NCBI RefSeq assembly: GCF_006345805.1
Contig: NC_043013.1
Location: 11,904,001-11,968,000 of the forward strand
Direction of reading: 5' to 3'
DNA: 64,000 bases
Source of the DNA: Octopus sinensis
Taxonomy: Eukaryota
Numbering within the stretch: the first letter of the stretch is position 1; each line of letters opens with the position of its first letter. Shown piece by piece: positions 54,951 through 64,000 of this stretch. A program made the position numbers and the translations under genes. The notes beneath the pieces were generated by a model. The model was not told the DNA's origin, ran no database searches, and saw nothing but the letters and a program-made list of their open reading frames with translations.

Positions 54951-56019
54951 TTATTTATTTATTTATTTATTTATCTATTTATTTATTTATTTACTTAGTT
55001 CAAAAGTCCTCATCATACAAACATTTAAATGTTTCCTTCTAGAGCATCGAAAACAACAAATGAAAAATTATTTTAAATTAATCGTGTTTGAAAATAAAAT
55101 TTTTCTCAACCTTTTGAGTTGATTTGATGAACGGAAACTGAAAGAAGCCTTTCAAAAAATACATGTGTGTGTTTGTATGTGTCTCTTTGTGTCGGTCTTC
55201 GTCCTCCACCACCACTTAGCAATTGGTAGTTGTGCTTTTCTGTCCTCGTAATCTAGCGCTTTAGCAAAAAGATACAAGAACTAGGTTTTAACGTAAGTAC
55301 TGGGGTTGATTCATTTGGCTAATAGGGTTCTCCTAGGTGCTTAGGCAGCATGGCCGAAGTCTAATGACTGAAACAAATAATCGATAAAAAGAAAATGACT
55401 TAAAATTAGATGACATCAAATTTCCATATATTTATAAATTATTTCAGAAATATATCTTGAAGAACACGTCACTCGACCACTTACGTACTCGTTTCTTATG
55501 CGTTCGATTAATGTGTTATCACTTAATCCGCCATATCCTAAACCCGCCATATCCTAAATGTGCAACCACAATACTTATACACGACCACACTTGATCATAC
55601 TCACCCTAATATACACAAAGAAACTCACACATCAATTTCACTTGCCAATTTTTCAAGCCTGATGAAATGTTCTGGTTTCACGCTCTTGTAATTTAATTAC
55701 ATTTATAAGCAAATAAATATTCATGCTATGGAACGCAGAAACACAACGTATGTGAGATTAAAATTGTAAGCAGGGTTATAGTCATAAGTTTAATAAACAC
55801 ATATCCAGTCTGTATCTGAAAAGGCACAGTCAACTGACAGATATTTTTGTCAAACGACAGATTATTAAAAAATCCGGGCAAGAACAGAGTATGAACTAGT
55901 GGCGCTTTTCAGGTTATTTTTACCGATATCGGACGCTGCGTCCTTATCAGAATCATCATTAACGCCATCGACTCGACCTTCACCAACGGTAGCAAAAATA
56001 ACGAACTCAGTCGTTGTCG

Positions 56020-56235
56020 TTGTTGTCGTCGTCATCAACATCATCATGATCATCATCATCATCATCCTCATCATCATCATCATTATCATCATCCTCCTCC
56101 TCCTCATCATCATCATCATCTTTATAGCCATCACCGTATCATCATAACCACCACAATCATTATTACCATAATGGCTGCCAGTACCGTCGTCATCATCATC
56201 ATCATGATCAACATCATCATGTATCATCATCATCG

Positions 56236-56283
<48 letters not shown>

Positions 56284-56498
56284 CAATCCCTACTACTAGA
56301 AACACCATAGGCACCACCACCGACAAAACCACTACTAACCACCACCTCCCATAACACCCTCTTCATAATCATCGTCGTTGTCATGCTCATCATCATTAGT
56401 GTCATTATCATCATCATCATCATCATCATCATCATCTATGCTGTCATCATAGTCTTTACTGTTACTGTCATTATCGCCTTCCTTTTCGTCCTCCTTGC

Positions 56499-56545
<47 letters not shown>

Positions 56546-56678
56546 ATAAAACTATCATCTTTACTACCATCATTAACATCGATGCCTTCATGTTCAGCAT
56601 GAATCTCATCATCATCATCGTCGTCGTCGTTGTCGTCGTCGTTGTCGTCGTCGTCATCGTCGTAGTCATCATCATCAG

Positions 56679-56735
<57 letters not shown>

Positions 56736-56910
56736 ATCATGTCATCACCATCATCGTTGTCATCATCATCATCATCGTCGTCGTCGTCATCATCGTCGTC
56801 GTCATCATCATCATCATCATCAACATCATCATCATCATCATCCTCATCATCAACATCACCATCATCAATATCATCATCATACCACATCATCATCATCATC
56901 ATCGTTGTCA
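56020..56910. repeat. (CAT)n/(CGT)n block
   Basis: Directly visible. Confidence 0.9.
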
Positions 56911-57489
56911 TCCTTTATAGCTGAAATTTTTCTTCACTATTTTAGTCCGTTTTCTTTTTTGTTTTGTTTTTCTTCTTTCTGTTTCCTCCTTCTGTTTTTC
57001 TTTTATTTTTTTTTCTTCAGTAGGGCTTGCAATCATTACTTTGATTCTGTTTCATTCTGATGTTGACATGTCAAGGGAGGTCATGGAGATATTTTACAGA
57101 ATTCATCTGATTGGTCGACATTTGAAATATTTTTATCTTTTTTCTGTTTCTTAAAATTTTTTTACTGTTATTCTTATTTATCTTATTTTTCTGTTCTTTC
57201 ATTGTTTTTTTGCGAGGTTGTTTTCTTTTTACGTTTCGCATGTATTTTATTTATTTATTTATTCATTCATTCATTTGTCTTTTTCTTTTCTTTTTTTCTT
57301 CTTTTTTTGCTTTGCTGTATAGCTAGCAAGCATTGCGAGGAATGATGACATCTGCGTAGGTCAACTTTTAAAAACTCGTCCGAGCGTATCCTGACAATGA
57401 AGGCAGATAGAAACTGTCATGATAGCAATTAATTCGCAAAAAAATATATAATAATAATAGTAATAATAATAATAATAACAACAACATCA

Positions 57490-57534
<45 letters not shown>

Positions 57535-57851
57535 TAATAATAATAAATGAATATCTTCGTAGTCGCAGCCGAGCATGTGAGAAAGAAGCGAATCTTTGCA
57601 GTGGCTATTTGCAAATTAATTCCAAAGAATAACAACAACAACAGCAACAACAACAACAACAACAACAAAAACACAACAAGCTGTTTCAACTGCTGCATTG
57701 ACATCAAGGAAAAAAAGAACAAAAAAAAACAAAAAACATGTAGTCGACTTCACAGCAGCTGAATAAAATATAGAACAACAGGAAAACCTGGTTGTAAGAA
57801 CATCCGTAGATATTACAACAGTTTGTAGTGTTGAGTAAAATGGTTTGCAGG

Positions 57852-57885
<34 letters not shown>

Positions 57886-58164
57886 GCTGTGGTAGTTGTT
57901 GTTTTTTCTGGTTGTTGTTGTTGTTGTTGTTCCTGTTGCAGTTGTATGATTCCGACGTCATTCTTGAAGCAGATCCTATATTCAAACGTTTCTCTCTTAG
58001 CCCCGACGAGTCACGGTTCTCCTCAAACTCAGTGTGTGCATGTGTGTTTGCATTTATGTGTGTGTGTGTATGTGTGTGTGCGTGTGTGTGCATATGTACG
58101 TGCGTGTGTATACGTACATACATACATACATACATACATACTTACCTACCTACATACATACACA

Positions 58165-58434
58165 CATACATATATATTCTTTTATTCGTTTACTCGTTTC
58201 AGTTACCTGACTGCGGCCATGCTGGAGCACCGCCTTTAGTCGCGCAAATCTACCCGAGGACTTATTCTTTGTAAGCCTAGTACTTATTCTATCGGTTTCT
58301 TTTGCCGAACAGATAAGTTACTGAGACGTAAATACACCATTATCGTATGTCAAGCGATGTTGGGGGACAAGCACGCACACACACATATATACATACATAT
58401 ATATATATATACACACACGCACACACACACACAT

Positions 58435-58475
<41 letters not shown>

Positions 58476-58809
58476 CAACAGGCTTCTTTTAGTTTCCGTC
58501 AATCAAATCCACTTACAATGCTTTGATAGGCCCGAGGCTATAGCAGAAGACACTTAACTAAGTTTCCACTTAGTGGGACTGAACCCGGAACCATGTGGTC
58601 GGTAAGCAAGCTACTTACCACACTGTCACTCCATATATACATACACATGTTTGCTTCTCAAACAGATGATTCCGGGTTCAGTCGACAACGTGGTAGCTTC
58701 AGCAAATCTATTCTACTATAGCCTCGTGCCGATCAAACACTTGTTTGTGGATTTGGTAGACGAATATGTGTGTGTGTGAGTGCGTGTGTGCATATGTATG
58801 TGCATGGGC

Positions 58810-58850
<41 letters not shown>

Positions 58851-58990
58851 CATATACATGTTTAGTTTCCAGCCACGTGGTTCCGAGTTCAGTCGCATAA
58901 CGTGGTACCTTGAGCAAGTAACTTCTACCATACCCTCGGGCCAATCAAACCCTTATAAATGGATTTGGTAGTCGAAGCTGAAAATATACA
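58165..58990. mobile_element. Cluster of family B SINEs (minus copy ~58165-58630; plus fragments ~58660-58990)
   Basis: Same head, core and tail motifs as 38014-38478. Confidence 0.75.
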
Positions 58991-59447
58991 CGTCGTGTGT
59001 GTGTGTGTGTGTGTCTGTCTGTCTGTCTGTCTGTGTCTGTGCGTGTGTCTGCGTCTGCTTGTGTGTGTGTGTTCTTAATTATAGCTAAAGTTGGTGGTTC
59101 TTATGAATTCAAAAGTTTTCATTGGTGCCTTTCATTTGTTGGGGTGACATTTTCCTGAGGTCAAATCTTTCTTGAAATCTATATACTTCATAATACAGAG
59201 GATGTTAATAATATTAAGGTTCAAATAAATTTGTTATATTTTTATTAACAAGTTGTTATGTGCCATGCTGCTCCTTTAGGTAAATGATCGAACGGAACAT
59301 GTGGGGATATTCAACATGGGCAATAACTTGTCCTTCATGTCATAATACTTTGGCACGGACTCCCTAGAGCATCCTATGCTGGAGAGCTTAATAGATGCAG
59401 CAGAAGAAAATGCGGATCCACAGAAAAGAATAGTACAACTCAGATAG

Positions 59448-60320
59448 TATGAGGTGGTACCAAAAATTTCCCGGACTAGTTCTGTAGCGCTCCAACAGTC
59501 GGTAACACACGGTTTCATTCGCAGTGAGAGCTAGAAGTGATCTTCATGAGGCAGAGTGTCAACTGATATACTCCGCAAGTTGTAAAATTTTTGTTTTTGT
59601 GATCCCGTTTCTGTTGTAGTTTGCGATTTTTCCATGGACAGTAATGAAGAGCAAACGTGAAATTTTGCGGTAGACTCAGGAAGTCTGCTACAGAGTCTTT
59701 GAGGCTTACTTCGGCAGGCTTACGTCGAGGTGGCAATGGATCGTACGAAATGCTTCGTGTGGCAAGGACGCTTTAAATGTGGAAGAACGTCTCTGGAAAA
59801 CGATTAGCTATCAGGAAGACCTGCTAGGAGCGTCACCCCTGGAAATGTGGTATTCTGCAATGTAGAATTAGTAGATCGTCAATCGAGTGTTCTACTGCGA
59901 CGTTTTGAAACGTCTGAGAGAGGACATTCGGTGAAAATGACCAGATCTTTGGACCTCCAAGAATTGGATTATTCACAACGCCAATGCAAACTATCACCGA
60001 CCTCTCCTCACTCGTGAGATTCCCGCCAAAACAATATGGTATCGCTTCTGTATTCGCTCTATTCGCCAGATTTACTACCGAAATCTCTACTCCAAGGTGA
60101 AAATGCAGCTCAAAGGTCACCGTTTTAGCACTGCTATCGAGATTCAGAATGATTCGCAGAAGGTCTCAACTCGCTTGCGGAAAACGACTTCCAGGCCGGA
60201 TTCCAAAAGTGGCAGGAACGCTGTGATCGGTGTATTTCTACGCAAGGTGAATATTTCGAAGGTGATGATATTTTTTTTTATTGCGTATGTAGTCTAGGAA
60301 CCTTTTGATACCACCTCGTA
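59448..60320 (+). mobile_element. TIR-bounded, internally deleted mariner element (873 bp including terminal TA; copy 3)
   Basis: Left end TATGAGGTGGTACCAAAAATTTCCCGGACTAG. The reverse complement of the right end is TACGAGGTGGTATCAAAAGGTTCCTAGACTAC. The C-terminal remnant reads KMKMQLKGHRFSTAIEIQ..FQAGFQKWQERCDRCISTQGEYFEGD. Confidence 0.9.
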
Positions 60321-60777
60321 CTTGGACAGCCCACAGATGCAGCTCGTGTAGCAGAGATTGTTATATGCGCATCGAACTGTTCAGAGATTGTAAATGCTGC
60401 TCGAGTGGAGCGAGCGACTAAGACCTACTATATTAACTCCATCATAGTTATACAACGACGTAATTAAGGCCGTAGAGTGACCTTTCTGCTGCTAAGGATC
60501 AACAATTATTGTCGGTAGAGATTGGCAAGCAGAGACGGGAACCTAGTACACGGAAACTATATTAGAGCGCAGTGGCTGCAATCGTGAGTGTTTGGGTGTA
60601 AAACACACAAACACACGCTAACTTAATTGCAGATTTATAAACTAGGCTTTTAATGTTTAAAAGACAGATCAATCATATAATAAACATCTTAAATGTTGTA
60701 TATTTGTATATTACAATGTAGCGAATAAAATGAGGTAAGACGGTACACATGTGTATACATGTGTATACATGTATGAC

Positions 60778-61005
60778 ATAGAATTCAATTAACTTAGAAC
60801 AGATGAATATATTAGTATAATTATACCTAAAATCTCCAAGAAGTTAAGGAGATAGACAAAGAACATGCTGTCTCAACTCTAAGTTTAGAAGTAACTTCTA
60901 AACTGGAGTTGAACAGCATGTTCTTTGTCTATCTCCTTAACTCTTGGAGATTTTAGGTATAATTATACTAATATATTCATCTGTTCTAATTTAATTAAAT
61001 TCTAT
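60778..61005. repeat. 228-bp near-perfect palindrome (foldback), centre A60893
   Basis: AGTTTAGAAGT-a-ACTTCTAAACT at the centre. Arms of ~115 bp are reverse complements with a few mismatches and indels. Confidence 0.95.
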
Positions 61006-61217
61006 ATCTTTGTGCAGCTGAAGATTGCTCTGCATTTTAAATTGATGTAATGATTGCATTGTTCAGTTAAATGGAGTTGCATGAAACGATCGTACTGCAT
61101 TACCTCAGCTGTCCTTGCTGCTTATTTTGATCCTAATCACCTTTGAAATTGTATGGATAGTACCGTACGAAATTCCGGTGCCTCAACATAAGTACCATAT
61201 TCATCTGAATACATATA

Positions 61218-61264
<47 letters not shown>

Positions 61265-61874
61265 TGCAAAATGTACCCATCGTTGCTAAATGTATGCAAA
61301 AGGCAAAAAAATAAGCCTCTACAAGGACTGAAAATCCACAACTATGTTGCCAATGTTTGGAACAATTCATCGATCGCTTTATTGGAGAGAGGATGTGTGT
61401 ATGTATCTTTTATCTTTTATTTCTTTCAGCCATTAGACTGCAGCCATTCTAGACCTTGCTTTGAAGAATTTTTGTCTAATGTATAAAACAGAGCATTTAT
61501 TTTCGTTATTTTAAGCCTAATATTGATTCAATCGATCTGTTTTACCGAACTGCAAAATGACTGGGAGGGAAACACACCAGCACCGGTTGTCAGGCAGTGG
61601 TGGTGGTCGTGATGGAGAACAAACACGCCTGTGCGTTTGCACATACAAACTCACACGCAAACACACACAGACGTATGCGCGCGCGTGCATACACTCACAC
61701 ACATACATACACACACATACATACACACACACACACGCATAGACAGACAAACAAACATAGCTTCACTGAGTTTGACAGTCATATGCAGGAGATCAAATTG
61801 TTAAATATGTATAACCCCTTTAAAATATGCTGATTGCCACCTGTTTTGTTTGCCCGCTGAATCGTATAAATATA

Positions 61875-62520
61875 CCCGCAGGAGTAGCCGTGTGGTAAGT
61901 AGCTTGCTTACCAACTACATGGTTCCATGTTCTGTCCCACTGCGTGGCACCTTGGGCACGTTTCTTCTAATAGAGCCTCGGGCCGACCAAAGCCTTGTGA
62001 GTGCATTTGGTAGACGGAAACTGAAAGAATCCTATCGTATATATGTATGTATATATATGTATATATATGTATATATATGTATATATAAGGCGGCGAGCTG
62101 ACAGAATCGCTTGCGCGCCGGTGGTTGTGAGTTCAAATTCCGCCGAGATCGACTTTGCCTTTCATCCATTCGGGGTCGATAAATTAAGTACCAATTACGC
62201 GCAGGGGTTGATGTAATCGACTTAATAACTATGTCTGTCCTTGTTTGTCCCCCCCTATCATTAGCCCTTTGTGGGCAATAAAGAAATACGTATATATGTA
62301 TATATATGTATGTGTGTGTATATGTTTGTGTATCTGTGCTTGTCCTTCCACCACCGATGGTGGTGTGTTTTTGACCCCGTAACTTAGCGGTTCGGCAAAA
62401 AGAGAACGATAGAATAAGTACTAGGCTTACAAAGAATAAGTCCTGGGGTCGATTTGCTCGACTAAAGGTGTTGCTCCAGCATGGCAGCAGTCAAATGGCT
62501 GAAACGAATAAAAGAAAAAA
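61875..62520 (+). mobile_element. Family B SINE with a family A SINE (~62090-62290) nested in its internal microsatellite
   Basis: Family B head and core at 61875-62040, family A head GGCGGCGAGCTGACAGAA at ~62090, family B tail at 62350-62520. Confidence 0.85.
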
Positions 62521-62550
62521 AGTATATATATATATATATACTTTTCTAAG

Positions 62551-63694
62551 ATAGAAGTCAGGTGGTAGTAGCCAATGAGGCCACTTCCATCAACACGCAA
62601 ATAGTGAGCGGTGTTCCGCAGGGCACTGTCTTGGGACAACTACTGTTCATAATGGCCCTCTCAGACATGCCCGCAGCCACGCAGAGAGCCACGATCACAA
62701 GTTATGCAGATGATACAAAAGTTTCACAGGCAATACAGAACCCTGAGGACACTAAACGCCTGCAATGTGAGCTGGACAAAATATACAAGTGGGCTGAAAA
62801 GAATAGCATGCAGTTCAATGCTGAAAAGTTTCAAGCTTTATACTATCAGCATGCAAAACTAAATGCAATACCCAATGAATACACTGGACCCGGAGGAATT
62901 GCAATCCCAGAGGCACAATCAGTGCGTGACCTGGGTATTTACATGAGTGATGACGCAACCTTTCGTGTACATGTTGCTAAATTGGCAATGAAATGTAGAC
63001 GACTGGCCGGATGGATTCTCAGAACGTTTAGAACAAGAGAACAAGAAACCATGATGGTCCTCTGGAGGACACTTTTCCTAAGCCACTTTGACTATTGCTC
63101 TCAGTTGTGGTCACCATCCAGTGTCAAGTTGATCACAGAACTTGAGGCGATCCAACGTAGCTACACGAAGAAGGTAGCCTCTATGCAGAATATAAGCTAC
63201 TGGGAAAGACTCAAGAGATTAAAACTATATTCCTTGGAGCGTAGGCGGGAAAGATATGCCATAATATACATCTGGAAGATCCTGGAGGGACTTGTCCCAA
63301 ACTTTGGCATCGAGAGTTACACAAATGCCAGAACTGGGCGCCACTGCGTGGTGCCTAGGACTCCAAATTTGCCATCAAGATGTAGGACAAGATACTGTGA
63401 TAGCCTGGGCTTCCGAGGCCCACAGCTCTTCAATATCCTCCCGAAGAACCTAAGAGACCTGCATGGGGTGGATGCAGATGTCTTTAAAATGAAACTGGAT
63501 CTCTTCCTGTCAGGTGTCCCAGATGAACCAACTTCACGGCAGGAGGTGCAGATGAGGGCAGCTGCATCGAACTCTCTCATGCACCAAATGTCAATTTCTA
63601 AAAAGCTTTCGTGAAGTAAAACCATGTAGCAACACCAAATGGCGGTGCCCCAGCATGGCCACAGCTCATGAGCTGAAACTAGAATCAATCAATC
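62551..63694 (+). mobile_element. 5'-truncated CR1/L2-like LINE
   Basis: Uninterrupted RT reading frame, short 3' UTR with a stem-loop, and an (AATC)n tail. Confidence 0.9.
62562..63614 (+). CDS. LINE ORF2 C-terminal 350 aa (reverse transcriptase domain); truncated retroelement ORF, not a host gene
   Basis: SGVPQGTVLG, SYADDTK, FNAEKFQ, VRDLGIYM, HFDYCSQLWSP, YWERLKRLKLYSLERRRER. Confidence 0.9.
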   Translation: MVVANEATSINTQIVSGVPQGTVLGQLLFIMALSDMPAATQRATITSYADDTKVSQAIQNPEDTKRLQCELDKIYKWAEKNSMQFNAEKFQALYYQHAKLNAIPNEYTGPGGIAIPEAQSVRDLGIYMSDDATFRVHVAKLAMKCRRLAGWILRTFRTREQETMMVLWRTLFLSHFDYCSQLWSPSSVKLITELEAIQRSYTKKVASMQNISYWERLKRLKLYSLERRRERYAIIYIWKILEGLVPNFGIESYTNARTGRHCVVPRTPNLPSRCRTRYCDSLGFRGPQLFNILPKNLRDLHGVDADVFKMKLDLFLSGVPDEPTSRQEVQMRAAASNSLMHQMSISKKLS

Positions 63695-64000
63695 ATATAT
63701 CCTTCTTTCCTTCTTTCCTGAGAGTCCAATAACACTATATTTGTTCCACGTCCTCGCGTTGTTGTGTTTTTTTGTGTTTTCTTGTTTGGATTAACTATAT
63801 ATATAAATATAGATATATTATTTAAGAGCGGCAGAAATGTGAAAAAAGCTGTTACTCAGAGTGAGCGAGAACGTGAAACTCTGAGTAACAGCTTTTCTTA
63901 TATTCCTGCTGATTTTAAATAAAGCATATTACTCTACCTCAGGTATTTGAGTACTATTGTTTCCACCTTGTTTCACATTTATGTATTTACTCAGATATAT

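Noticed and set aside
55650-55700. CCTGATGAAATG..TTTCACG
   Set aside because: It lacks the GAAA box and stem III.
55913-55970. Possible exon on either strand (minus RVDGVNDDSDKDAASDI; plus VIFTDIGRCVL..)
   Set aside because: Splice signals are only moderate on both strands, there is no homology, and it borders (CAT)n repeats.

Overview
AT-rich, repeat-dominated animal genomic DNA. The tRNA-derived SINE families and very dense (TA)n/(CA)n/(TACA)n/(GATA)n and triplet microsatellites point to an octopus (inference, no database search). Nearly all ORFs in the supplied track are microsatellite artefacts. The main observation is a ~2.84-kb head-to-tail array (1931-4770) of a near-identical 491-bp unit inserted in a (TA)n tract. 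Each unit carries a complete type I hammerhead ribozyme: 8-bp stem I, CUGAAGA, stem II with a 58-nt insert, GAAA, palindromic stem III and a GUA cleavage site. This is the architecture of a non-LTR retrozyme, predicted to give ~491-nt self-cleaved and possibly circular RNAs. Several other decayed hammerhead-like relics also sit next to (TA)n tracts. The rest comprises three mariner relics, R4-like, RTE-like and CR1/L2-like LINE fragments, many SINEs, a 228-bp foldback palindrome, a 100-N assembly gap and a few weak candidate exons of an unidentified host gene.
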